Below, piece by piece: positions 1 to 9,876 of a stretch of DNA of 64,000 nucleotides. Location: NCBI GenBank assembly GCA_046761065.1, contig JBHIFL010000007.1, forward strand, positions 1-64,000, read 5' to 3'. The notes beneath the pieces are model-generated. The model did no database searches and was not told where the DNA came from. It saw nothing but the letters and a program-made list of their open reading frames with translations. A program made the position numbers and the translations under genes. Source of the DNA: Candidatus Heimdallarchaeota archaeon. GTDB taxonomy: Archaea; Asgardarchaeota; Wukongarchaeia; Wukongarchaeales; JBHIFL01. Each line of letters opens with the position of its first letter. Position 1 is the first letter of the stretch.

Positions 1-66
1 GAGAATTGAATTGAAAATCACACGTAAGCTTAAATATCGCAAATATTGAGACCCAAGAGATATCCC

Positions 67-2184
67 ATGAATCCTTTTACCTTTACTGTGCTGGCTGATT
101 CTCATATTCGATTACAACCGGGTAATGGTTACGACTTTTATCCTTCGAATCAGTTTGCTAATGCTCGTAATCGTTACGTTGTAGATAAAATCAATCAATT
201 CAATCCAGAGTTTGCCATCCATCTTGGGGATGTGGTCTACCCCATCCCAGCACTACCCACTCATGAGACCGCCGTACAGATGGCTTATAACCTGTATCGA
301 CGCCTGAAGAGGAAATTATACGTCGTACCAGGGAACCACGACGTCGGTGACAAGCCGAATGCCTGGGTCCCGGCACCTATGGTTACCGAAGAGAGCCATA
401 GGATTTACGAGAAATTCTGGGGTAGGAGCTATTCATCTTTCAATTATGAGGATTGCCACTTTGTCCTCATCAATTCCCTAATATTGAATTCTGGGCTTCA
501 ACTTGAAAAAAAACAAAAAGTCTGGCTAGAGAAAGAGTTGGATATCGCCCAAACGATGAGGAACCGATTATTCCTGTTTATGCACTACTCCCCCTATTTG
601 AACCATCCCCTAGAAGTAGAACATTATGATAATATTGGCGAGCCAGTGCGATCATGGTTGCTCTCTCTACTCGAGAAGTACAACGTGGAAGCGATCTTCG
701 CAGCACACTCTCATAATTTCTTCTATAATCGTTATTGCAACACCAATATATACGTAGTTCCGTCTGTGACCTTTGTAAGACCGGATTTCAGCGAAATCTT
801 CCCTATTAGGCCAACATTAGAATATGGGCGTAATGATATTGAGAAGTTAGGTTTCTTTATTGTTAAAGTTAACGAGACAGGACATGACATTATATTCGTT
901 CGAACCCGTGGATTGACTGATCAGCAGGAAGAAGCTATCGTAACTCGCCCTCTTTCTCTCTCTGGGGACCCCACGGAGGTGAAGACAGCTCCGGTGGGTG
1001 TTTTCCTGCGCCATGCTTGGGCCACATCCGTTGAGATGCCCTATGATAATCTCGATGAGTTTACACGTAAGTTTGCACGGAATGATTATTTGTTGCCAGC
1101 ATTGTGGGAGCTAGGCATTCAAAAGCTACGTGTGCCCCTCAGTGACTTGGCAAATACAAAAATTCGAAAGAGAATGCGAGCGCTGCATACTTTAGGGCAC
1201 AAATTCACTGTCTTTAGTATAGGTGCGCCGAGTTCTTACATAAGGGAGATGATGATTCGTCATCACAAGCTAGTAGATTTGTGGGAAGTCATAGTGCCTA
1301 GGGATCAGATGTCCGAAGCTATTCACAACATACAGGATGTCAAGCGGAAGGTTGCTGTGCGGACTGCGCTCTCTAAATTGGACACCATAGCAGATCAGCG
1401 CTGTGGCAGCGAGGAGTTCCAGTTCTCGCATTTTCCAAGCCATGGATTTCGAGTGGTGGAGCAGGATTTCCTCTCAACATGTATCACAAAATATGACCTG
1501 ACTAGAGTAATAGATGGTGTTGTATTTCGCCTACCTCCAGAGATGAGTCCTTGGGAGGGCATTCAAGCTGCGAAAAAACTTGCTGCGGAGTTAGGCACGG
1601 TCGCAGTGGTGCATGTTCAGTTACCCAGAGAGAGCGAGGGCGTCATGTACATACAAGACCGTAAAATTTCGAACCGGGTCGCAGAAACACTTGCCACCGC
1701 TTTAGTCGTGAATGATGTAGAAGTGTTACTAGATACCTTTGTTGATCACGACCGAGGGTACTATCCAAGATATGGCCTTCTGGATAGACGATATAACCCG
1801 CGACCGAGTTACTATGTCTTTCGTCACCTGCATCATGCTCTTAGTCAACATGAAATCAAGATGACAAAGATAAAGGCCACTGCAGGCATCCACGTTTTTG
1901 ACTTGGAAGCCTTGCCATATCGTTGTATCCTCTTACTTTTTGAAGAAGAAGAGGCGCACACTGAACTGGATCTTGCTTGGACTCCTAGATTCAACTTCCG
2001 AGAGGGACTGGGAAGATGGATGGATTTACGAACAGGAAAAATGAGAGAAGTTCATTGGAAGCAATCAGATACCCAGGGCAACTGGATCACGATAGATCTT
2101 CCGTCGATAGCCTTAGATCCTGCGCTCTTGATTCTTGAAGCTTCAAAAGGCCAATCGGACGGTACAAGAAATTTTCGCGTATGA
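67..2184 (+). CDS. Calcineurin-like metallophosphoesterase with a long C-terminal domain of unknown function
   Basis: MPE motifs in order: ADSH, GDVV, GNHD, MH, AHSH in the first ~280 aa. ATG at 67 preferred over TTG at 46. About 420 extra C-terminal aa. Confidence 0.8.
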   Translation: MNPFTFTVLADSHIRLQPGNGYDFYPSNQFANARNRYVVDKINQFNPEFAIHLGDVVYPIPALPTHETAVQMAYNLYRRLKRKLYVVPGNHDVGDKPNAWVPAPMVTEESHRIYEKFWGRSYSSFNYEDCHFVLINSLILNSGLQLEKKQKVWLEKELDIAQTMRNRLFLFMHYSPYLNHPLEVEHYDNIGEPVRSWLLSLLEKYNVEAIFAAHSHNFFYNRYCNTNIYVVPSVTFVRPDFSEIFPIRPTLEYGRNDIEKLGFFIVKVNETGHDIIFVRTRGLTDQQEEAIVTRPLSLSGDPTEVKTAPVGVFLRHAWATSVEMPYDNLDEFTRKFARNDYLLPALWELGIQKLRVPLSDLANTKIRKRMRALHTLGHKFTVFSIGAPSSYIREMMIRHHKLVDLWEVIVPRDQMSEAIHNIQDVKRKVAVRTALSKLDTIADQRCGSEEFQFSHFPSHGFRVVEQDFLSTCITKYDLTRVIDGVVFRLPPEMSPWEGIQAAKKLAAELGTVAVVHVQLPRESEGVMYIQDRKISNRVAETLATALVVNDVEVLLDTFVDHDRGYYPRYGLLDRRYNPRPSYYVFRHLHHALSQHEIKMTKIKATAGIHVFDLEALPYRCILLLFEEEEAHTELDLAWTPRFNFREGLGRWMDLRTGKMREVHWKQSDTQGNWITIDLPSIALDPALLILEASKGQSDGTRNFRV

Positions 2185-2219
2185 AACAGCCGCTTAACAC
2201 ACCATTTTCACTGATTTCA

Positions 2220-3098
2220 TTATTCTTCAAGCCTTTGGTGGATAGCTGCTGCCAGTTCTGCTGTCTTTTCCGAATCTGTTAGAATTTCTATTTTGGAGGG
2301 GGAAGACACCCCTAAACCTAATTCAATCGCTCGTGCGATTTGTTCTTGCTCAAAAATTGGACCTTTGCTTACTTCCGGGGTAGTTCCTAAAATTCGGAGA
2401 ATCGCTACCCCCACCGCATCAATAGCCACACGATCCGTCCCGGCGAGTGTTATTTGGGCATCTTTTCTTGTCCCGATATCTGGACCGCCATCTACGAAGG
2501 CGGTGACTCCATCTAAGACGATTAAATCGGGGGTAAAGGCGGTATTGATTTCAGCAATCATTTTTCTAATGTGCAAGGAACTATGGAGTTCTTTCATATA
2601 GTCATACCCCACTCGAGGAACTAGCCCCACTGCATTTTTTAATGACAAAGTGAAGTGTCCACCAAATCGGTGAGTTTTTAGGCAGCAAGTTTCCACAATG
2701 CACTCTGCTTCATGGTAAATCTTAGCGAAAAGAAACCCATTTTTCCAATGACTATCTTCTGGGATGATCTCCACATAATCTGCTGTATCGAGATTAATAA
2801 TCGGAAAATTCAACTCCTCAGCGAGTTTAAAGACCCCCTTTTGCTCCATAACTTCGTGAGTGTCTGGTGGCCCACTTCGCTCGGCAAGAGTAACAGAATT
2901 GGCTCCAAGGGCTCGAAGTTTGGGAATTATGGCGTGTAAGGTCTCAATAGCAGTGGAGCCGGGTGGAAGATCGGCAGTATTGAAGTTTGGTTTCAAAACT
3001 ACATCTTTTCCCTTGACAGGGTTTATTCCCAAACGATCAATTGCTCGAATTGTCCCGCTCTCCCGATCTGCTGAAGAAACGAGTGCGATCTTAGTCAT
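2220..3098 (-). CDS. DUF362 domain protein
   Basis: VVLKPNFN, AERSG, CLKTH..TLSLKNAVG and DRVAID motifs. Start moved to ATG 3098, which follows an SD-like GGAGAGG. Confidence 0.85.
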   Translation of the reverse strand: MTKIALVSSADRESGTIRAIDRLGINPVKGKDVVLKPNFNTADLPPGSTAIETLHAIIPKLRALGANSVTLAERSGPPDTHEVMEQKGVFKLAEELNFPIINLDTADYVEIIPEDSHWKNGFLFAKIYHEAECIVETCCLKTHRFGGHFTLSLKNAVGLVPRVGYDYMKELHSSLHIRKMIAEINTAFTPDLIVLDGVTAFVDGGPDIGTRKDAQITLAGTDRVAIDAVGVAILRILGTTPEVSKGPIFEQEQIARAIELGLGVSSPSKIEILTDSEKTAELAAAIHQRLEE

Positions 3099-3440
3099 GG
3101 GTTCCTCTCCATTGAGGTACTTTAATGGCGCCATAACCTCTTGAATCTTTATTATTTTTCCGAATATGGTAATAAAATGCATAAATGAGCTCATAAAAAC
3201 GCTACTTTTTGTGTTCGTCTACTTTCAGACCGTCTTTTTTAATTTTTAAAATTGAAATAGAATACCTGTGTAAAACGGCACCTTTTTTATTGCTATGGCA
3301 ATAGAAAAACAGGTATTAAATCAGAAATATCCTTAGGATGCTGTGGAAGGTTGATTGTTGCTCATAGATTTTCTTAGACAACATATAGAGCGATGCTTTT
3401 GCACGTGTTTATATGATAATATGTGTATGTGGGATGATTC

Positions 3441-5132
3441 ATGTACAAACACGATATATTGGTTATTGGCGGGGGATTGGCAGGTCTTCGAGCTGCCATT
3501 GAAGCGAGTACCATGAATACGGCGATTATAAGTTTCGTTTACCCGTTCAGGTCGCACTCTGGAGCGGCTCAGGGAGGGATTAATGCTGCCCTAGGGAATG
3601 TGGATCCAAATGATAATTGGGAAAGGCATGCTTTCGATACCATCAAAGGCTCAGATTATCTTGCTGATCAAGATGCTGCTGAAATCTTAACCAAAGAGGC
3701 CCCCAACAGAGTTATTGAATTGGAACATTGGGGTGCTCCTTTCTCACGGTTAGAGAATGGCAAAATTGCTCAGCGACCATTCGGAGGAGCAGGATTTCCC
3801 CGTACATGTTACGCGGCAGATCGCACGGGGCATGTCCTTCTACATTGTCTCTATGAGCAAGCGGTGAACAAACGTGGTATCAAGGTCTATCCAGAATGGT
3901 TTGTCGTCGACCTCGTTGTAAAAAACGAAAAGTGTGAAGGTGTGGTTGCAATGGATCTTTCAACTGGTGATTTGGAAGGATTTCATGCAAAAGCCGTCAT
4001 TTTTGCAACAGGGGGTGCAGGGCGCATCTATTCACGGACGACCAATGCTTTGATTAATTCAGGTGCCGGCATGGGGATTGCCTACGAGGCAGGGATTCCT
4101 CTAAAGGACATGGAGTTTGTGCAATTCCATCCCACAACTCTTGTGGGAACAAATATTCTTGTTACTGAAGGAGCGCGAGGAGAGGGAGGTTATTTATTAA
4201 ATTCAGAAGGCATACGATTCATGAAAAACTATGCTCCTGATTCGATGGAACTCGCCCCTCGAGATATAATAGCCCGAGCAATCGAGACTGAAATAAACGA
4301 AGGACGTGGCGTTAATGGTACTCATATCCTCCTTGATTTACGCCACCTTGGAGCGGATCGCATCTTTGAACGCCTTCCTGGGATTTATGAGTTGGCGATC
4401 AACTTTGCAGGTGTCGACCCAATTAAGGAACCAATCCCTGTCGTGCCGGGTCAACATTACACGATGGGCGGTATCGACTGTACTCCCAACTGCGAAACGA
4501 TCGTGAAAGGGGTCTTTGTGGCAGGCGAATGTTCATGCATTTCGGTTCATGGTGCGAATCGATTAGGAGGAAACTCCTTACTAGAAACTATTGTGTTTGG
4601 AAAAATTGCTGGAGCAAATGCAGTAAAATATGCCAATAGGGTCGAAGAACAAAACGAAGGTGCCGTGCTAGAAGGCTTAACTAAAGTAAAAGAAGACGTC
4701 GACCAATTCCTTGAAAGAAGAACCGGTCAGGAAAACTGTGGCCAGCTGAGGCAAGAGATGCGACAAACAATGATGGACAACGTGGGTATTTTCCGAAGTG
4801 CTGAGCCCATGAAGGCGGCTCTCGAAAAGATCTTGGAACTCAAGGAGCGGTTTGAAACCACTGCACTGAAATATTCTGGACGAAAGTTTAACCTCTCTCT
4901 ATTACGGAAAATTGAACTGAAACATATGTTAAATCTGGCCGAAGTTATTACAAGAGGAGCGATATTGAGAGAGGAAAGTAGAGGCGCCCATTACAGAATA
5001 GACTTTCCTGAACGCGATGATAAGAATTGGTTGAAGCATACTCTGGCGTATTATACCCCTGATGGACCACCACAATTCACCTACAGTGAAGTGACCATAA
5101 CTCGATGGGAACCAGTAGCTAGGAGGTATTAG
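3441..5132 (+). CDS. sdhA: Succinate dehydrogenase/fumarate reductase flavoprotein subunit
   Basis: GGGLAG FAD motif, [10 protein letters not shown] (covalent FAD His), [37 protein letters not shown]. Confidence 0.95.
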   Translation: MYKHDILVIGGGLAGLRAAIEASTMNTAIISFVYPFRSHSGAAQGGINAALGNVDPNDNWERHAFDTIKGSDYLADQDAAEILTKEAPNRVIELEHWGAPFSRLENGKIAQRPFGGAGFPRTCYAADRTGHVLLHCLYEQAVNKRGIKVYPEWFVVDLVVKNEKCEGVVAMDLSTGDLEGFHAKAVIFATGGAGRIYSRTTNALINSGAGMGIAYEAGIPLKDMEFVQFHPTTLVGTNILVTEGARGEGGYLLNSEGIRFMKNYAPDSMELAPRDIIARAIETEINEGRGVNGTHILLDLRHLGADRIFERLPGIYELAINFAGVDPIKEPIPVVPGQHYTMGGIDCTPNCETIVKGVFVAGECSCISVHGANRLGGNSLLETIVFGKIAGANAVKYANRVEEQNEGAVLEGLTKVKEDVDQFLERRTGQENCGQLRQEMRQTMMDNVGIFRSAEPMKAALEKILELKERFETTALKYSGRKFNLSLLRKIELKHMLNLAEVITRGAILREESRGAHYRIDFPERDDKNWLKHTLAYYTPDGPPQFTYSEVTITRWEPVARRY

Positions 5133-5137
5133 TTATA

Positions 5138-5851
5138 ATGGTGACGTTTGAAAATTATCGATTTGATCCGGAAACCGATCAGGCTCCCCGATTTGATAAA
5201 TTTCAACTCAAACCTCGAAAAGCAATGAATGTGCTAGAAGCCCTTTTTGAAATCGTAGATACACAGGATGGCTCTCTTGCCTTCCGATATGCCTGCCGTG
5301 GCGCGATTTGCGGTTCTTGCGGAATGATAATTAACGGGGAACCGCGTTTAGCATGTCAAACATTGGTTGAACGCCTAGAGACTGATATCATCAAGTTGGA
5401 ACCATTACCTCATTTGAAAGTCCTCAAAGATCTTGTAGTGGATCTAAACCCATTGTTCGAAAAGTTGAGCGTTGTTATGCCATTTTTTAAATCGGATCAA
5501 TTGGTAAAGCAGGATCGAGAGAGCTCACAGAGTCCTAAACAGCGTATTATGATCGATGATGCCGTTAACTGTATCCTTTGTGAACTCTGTGATGCTGCGT
5601 GTCCAATCGTGAATTTTAACAAAGACTTCCTAGGCCCTGCATCTATCGCAAAAGCGTATCGGTTCATCTTCGACTCTCGCGACGGAGCTATCATAGGACG
5701 GCTTAAGAAGGTGAATACGGAACAGGGAGTTTGGGGATGTCGTGTTATCGCGCGATGCACGGAAGTTTGTCCGAAAGATGTTGGTCCCAGTCGTTGTATC
5801 AGCGCAATCAAGAAAAAACTAGTGATAATCCATGTAAAAAACAAGGACTAG
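5138..5851 (+). CDS. sdhB: Succinate dehydrogenase/fumarate reductase Fe-S subunit
   Basis: CRGAICGSC..C (2Fe-2S), CILCELCDAACP and CRVIARCTEVCP cluster motifs; starts 5 nt after sdhA. Confidence 0.95.
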   Translation: MVTFENYRFDPETDQAPRFDKFQLKPRKAMNVLEALFEIVDTQDGSLAFRYACRGAICGSCGMIINGEPRLACQTLVERLETDIIKLEPLPHLKVLKDLVVDLNPLFEKLSVVMPFFKSDQLVKQDRESSQSPKQRIMIDDAVNCILCELCDAACPIVNFNKDFLGPASIAKAYRFIFDSRDGAIIGRLKKVNTEQGVWGCRVIARCTEVCPKDVGPSRCISAIKKKLVIIHVKNKD

Positions 5852-6216
5852 ACTCATTACCCACTCTAAAAGGGAGGGATAATTGTGTTTTGCCTATACA
5901 AGATGATGAATCGGCTACATTTTTCATATATAAAGTATAACAATCACACCGTAACAACAATTTACCAAAAACATTTAACAAAAGGAACCTGATCGACTTT
6001 TTCGAATCTAAGAAAATAATAATCAAGATTGATTATTTACTGACTTGGATTCGTTCCCCTTTCTCAAAAATATTGAGGCTCAAATGAGTTTACACAATTG
6101 ATGGTTTGATAAAGAGAAAACCAAGCTGACAAATCTTTGACCCGTTTTGAACGAAATGGTTTTAAATAATCGGAAGAGCGGAGTTGTTAATTTCTTCAGT
6201 TTGATGATTTTGATTA

Positions 6217-6966
6217 ATGGTGAAATATACTATGGATGATGAAGCACGAATACCTGCATGGAAGGGGAAAGGAGCAATACTCCTCTGGGTCATTATCTTT
6301 GTAATTACCCTATTTGGATTTAGCTTACTTCAAACCTATTTTAAGAATGCTTTAGGAATTCCCCAGGGCATCTGGTTGGGTATAATTATCACAGAGATGA
6401 GTATCGCACTGATTTGTTTGTTCTTCGCGCTAGTTTCCCGCAAAAGTTCGCTTGAAGAGCTCGGTATCAAACGTCCCCCAATGAAATGGCTTGTACTCGC
6501 AGTAATCTTGGCGCCAGTAATTCTTGTGATTACTGGCTTTGTGATCACCATTCAAACTGCTCTGACAGGCGAAATCCCCGCCGAAATACAAGAAGAGTAT
6601 ATACGTTTGTTGATGCCAACTTCAGCGACTACTCTAATAGTCTGGATCTTGATCTATTTATTGTTTGTTGGACCTGCTGAAGAGCTGTTTGCGCGAGGTA
6701 TTGTCCAAAAAGGGCTTCAAAACTCTTTTCGGGCAAAAAGTCTACCAATTCTGCTCAGTGGCCTGTTGTTTGGGGTGTGGCACATCGATCCGTATCGTAT
6801 TGCCGGCGTCACTGCGGGAGGGATCTGTTTTGCTTACATATACTACAAATCTGGAAATAACTTAATTGTTGTTGCATTGCTTCATGGAATGTATGATGCC
6901 TTTTCTATAACAATAGCCTTTATCGCGCAGCAATATCTCCCGACTGGAGGAATTCCACTAATCTAG
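6217..6966 (+). CDS. CPBP (CAAX/Abi) intramembrane glutamic endopeptidase
   Basis: Multi-TM protein with AEELFARG, FGVWH and HGMYD motifs. Confidence 0.9.
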   Translation: MVKYTMDDEARIPAWKGKGAILLWVIIFVITLFGFSLLQTYFKNALGIPQGIWLGIIITEMSIALICLFFALVSRKSSLEELGIKRPPMKWLVLAVILAPVILVITGFVITIQTALTGEIPAEIQEEYIRLLMPTSATTLIVWILIYLLFVGPAEELFARGIVQKGLQNSFRAKSLPILLSGLLFGVWHIDPYRIAGVTAGGICFAYIYYKSGNNLIVVALLHGMYDAFSITIAFIAQQYLPTGGIPLI

Positions 6967-7201
6967 AAAATTCTCGAAATGGAGACTATCTAATTAACTT
7001 GTACATTTGTTACTTTTCTTATCTTTATGTAAATAATCCTCATCATATCTATCTTTCCTACTGATGTAGGAAGTCGTTCTAGAGGAGAATAGCCCGGATA
7101 ATTGCCATTTCTGTCATTATGAGTAAAAACAACGATTTTTTAGAGGTTCAATATTTATTACAAAGATAGATTTCTGCATCACTGCTAGGTTAGGAACACG
7201 A

Positions 7202-8443
7202 TTGAAGTACGAAGCAATTCGAGCAAAATCGCCCATCTTAAACAAGTATCCTAATCCTGATAGCTGGTTTTGGGTTGAAGCCTCGACAAACCCTTACAGA
7301 GGATGCCAACATAATTGTGCGTATTGTGATGGGAAAGCTGAATATTATCGGATTGATAACTTTGCAAGCCATATCAGAGTAAAAACTAACGCACCTCAAC
7401 TCCTCACAAAGGAACTTACAAACCTCGGCTTTCATGAGATATTTCGGCCCGGTCGAAAATCTCTCCTTGACTACCTTCCAGAAGAGGTGCAGGAAAGGAA
7501 AACTTCGGAGGGATTAAATGGAAAAAACCAACGTAAATTTCTTATCGCAGTTGGGGGAGGGGTTTGCGATGTCTATCAACCTGCGGAAGCGGAATTTAAG
7601 GTAACACGAGGCTTGTTAAAAGTTTGTCGTGATTTTGGGTTTCCGGTTTCCATGTTAACCAAAAATGTCCTTATTCTTCGCGACCTTGATCTCTTGAAAG
7701 AGATTAATGATATTTCCTATGCGAATGTGTCCTTTTCGATCACATTAGCAGATGAAAAGATTAGAAAAATCTTTGAACCGGGGAGTTCTCCGTCGATTGA
7801 CCGATTTGCTGCCTTACAAAAAGTCAGACGCGTAGGATTACCTGGAGGAGTAATGTTCATGCCTATCCTTCCAGGAATTGGGGACACAGAGGAGAATATG
7901 CGTGCCATCATCAGTCGCGCAAAAGAGGTGGGGACAGAGTTTGTGTTACCTGCGGGACTGACCTTAAAGCCGGGTCGAAATAAAGATGCATTTTTACAAG
8001 TAATTGCAGAGCACTTTCCCGAGAAGTTACCACTTTACAAGGATATCTTCCGTCACAATAACAAATATGGGAAAGGGGACGCCTCAAAATGTAAAAACGT
8101 AGCCAGGATAGGACATGAGCTGTGCAAAGAATTTGGCCTTCCGGATAGAATCCCCCGCTACCTTGGTAACGCTCGAACATTTCTAGGTGTCCAGAATAAC
8201 TTACGTGTTTCAGAGGTGCTTCATGAAATTGCCTATTTAATCCAATTTGTCCATGGGCAAGGGTGGAAGATCGCCCAGCCTTACACAAAAGCCGCGCACG
8301 CTGTGGAAGCCTGTGCCCAAGATGTTGGGGCATTATCTGTTGAGGAGATCAAGCGAATTCGAGGAGTAGGAGCAACAATTGCGAAACTAGTTCGAGAGAT
8401 CTTAGATACGGGGACATGCGAGTTGAGGGAACAGCTGTATTGA
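7202..8443 (+). CDS. SPL-like radical SAM protein with C-terminal PolX-type 8-kDa helix-hairpin-helix domain
   Basis: NPYRGCQHNCAYC, DVYQPAE, LTKN..ILRDLDLL, FEPG, PILPG. C-terminal PYTKAA...IRGVGATIAKLVREILDTG matches the PolX N-terminal domain. Confidence 0.85.
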   Translation: MKYEAIRAKSPILNKYPNPDSWFWVEASTNPYRGCQHNCAYCDGKAEYYRIDNFASHIRVKTNAPQLLTKELTNLGFHEIFRPGRKSLLDYLPEEVQERKTSEGLNGKNQRKFLIAVGGGVCDVYQPAEAEFKVTRGLLKVCRDFGFPVSMLTKNVLILRDLDLLKEINDISYANVSFSITLADEKIRKIFEPGSSPSIDRFAALQKVRRVGLPGGVMFMPILPGIGDTEENMRAIISRAKEVGTEFVLPAGLTLKPGRNKDAFLQVIAEHFPEKLPLYKDIFRHNNKYGKGDASKCKNVARIGHELCKEFGLPDRIPRYLGNARTFLGVQNNLRVSEVLHEIAYLIQFVHGQGWKIAQPYTKAAHAVEACAQDVGALSVEEIKRIRGVGATIAKLVREILDTGTCELREQLY

Positions 8444-8645
8444 TAGAGCCCATACAAACCAATTGGTCTTGACTCTTACCTTATTAGATTACATGAGTCT
8501 ATGCATTAATCTCTGTAGGGCTTTAGAGACTTCAAAGTGATTTAAATATAAGTGAATATCCTTAAAGCAGTAAGTTATAGGTAGCCTGTTCAGAGATTAG
8601 TTGTTAATTTCAATCCTCCCAAAATAGTAATCGGAGGGTAACCAC

Positions 8646-9851
8646 ATGACAAGGCCGGAACTGCCATCTGTGGAAGAATATGAAGCGCGTGCAAAACAGT
8701 TGCAAGCAACTATGAAAGAAACCGAACTCGATGGAGCACTCCTTTTCCAGCGTGTGGATGTGTTGTATTTCAGTGGCACCGGGCAGAATGCCGCGTTGTT
8801 TATCCCCTCCACCGGGACCCCCTTATTGATGGTGCGGCAAAGTTACGAACGAGTCCAAAAGGAACGTGTCGCTGGACGAATCACTCGATTTCGTCGGATT
8901 CGGGACCTCTCACGTATTTTAAAGGATTTTGGAATTTGCGATTTAGCTCGAGTTGGTCTAGAACTCGATGTTCTTCCAGTCCTTGAGTATCAGAAGTTGA
9001 AACGCTCTCTTGACGTCCGTGAATTCCTGAATATTTCCCCTTTGGTGCTAAATCTCCGCATGATCAAAAGCCCAACAGAGGTGAAATTAATGAAGCAAGC
9101 TGCGAGGGTGGTCAAAATGGGGCATGAGCGGGCAAGAGAGATTCTAGAAACCGATGGTGTGGGTATTCGAGAAATCGAACTTGCTGCGGAAGTTGAAGCC
9201 GCCATGCGTCGGGAAGGGCATGATGGGCTGATCCATCTGCGTCGCTGGAATCAGGAAAATTTTTATGGGCATATTCTTTCTGGCCCAAACGGTGCCCTAC
9301 CAAGCTATGTCGCTTCACCCACAGGCGGTCAGGGAACTAGCATTGCCGTCCCTCAAGGCGCCGGAAATCGGAAAATTCAGAGGAATGAGCCGATTTTGGT
9401 CGATATTGTAGGTGCATATCAAGGTTACTACACCGATGCTTCACGGACCTATGTTATTGGGCAGCTGCACAACTCGCTACTTAATGCCTATCAACTCACA
9501 TTACAAATCTTAAAACAAGCTATCAAGCATATCCGTATTGGAACTCTATCAAGGGAGGTCTATCAGTTAGCTTTAACTATGGCAAGGGAGGGTGGTTATG
9601 AACAGGGGTTTATGGGCTGTACCAACGATCGAGCCCCTTTCTTAGGACATGGAATCGGGATGGAACTTGATGAACTGCCTGTTTTGTCGAAAAGGAGTGA
9701 TACCCGACTTCAGAAGAACATGACTCTCGCAATCGAACCAAAAATCGCGATTCCGAAAGTCGGGGTTGTCGGGGTAGAAGATGCATACCAGTTAACAGAT
9801 ACGGGCTTGAAATCATTGACGCAATGGGAGAATTTTCTTGATATTGTTTGA
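8646..9851 (+). CDS. Xaa-Pro aminopeptidase/prolidase family (M24) peptidase
   Basis: Creatinase_N-like N-terminus, LRMIKSPTE, metal ligands VD..YYTDASRT, GHGIGMELDE, AIEP, VED. Confidence 0.92.
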   Translation: MTRPELPSVEEYEARAKQLQATMKETELDGALLFQRVDVLYFSGTGQNAALFIPSTGTPLLMVRQSYERVQKERVAGRITRFRRIRDLSRILKDFGICDLARVGLELDVLPVLEYQKLKRSLDVREFLNISPLVLNLRMIKSPTEVKLMKQAARVVKMGHERAREILETDGVGIREIELAAEVEAAMRREGHDGLIHLRRWNQENFYGHILSGPNGALPSYVASPTGGQGTSIAVPQGAGNRKIQRNEPILVDIVGAYQGYYTDASRTYVIGQLHNSLLNAYQLTLQILKQAIKHIRIGTLSREVYQLALTMAREGGYEQGFMGCTNDRAPFLGHGIGMELDELPVLSKRSDTRLQKNMTLAIEPKIAIPKVGVVGVEDAYQLTDTGLKSLTQWENFLDIV

Positions 9852-9876
9852 TATGAACTGTCACTTCGAATGCATA

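Noticed and set aside
5858-5882. IS200/IS605-like end hairpin (CCCACTCTAAAAGGGAGGG) after sdhB
   Set aside because: Single imperfect copy with no tnpA/tnpB; could equally be a terminator-like stem.
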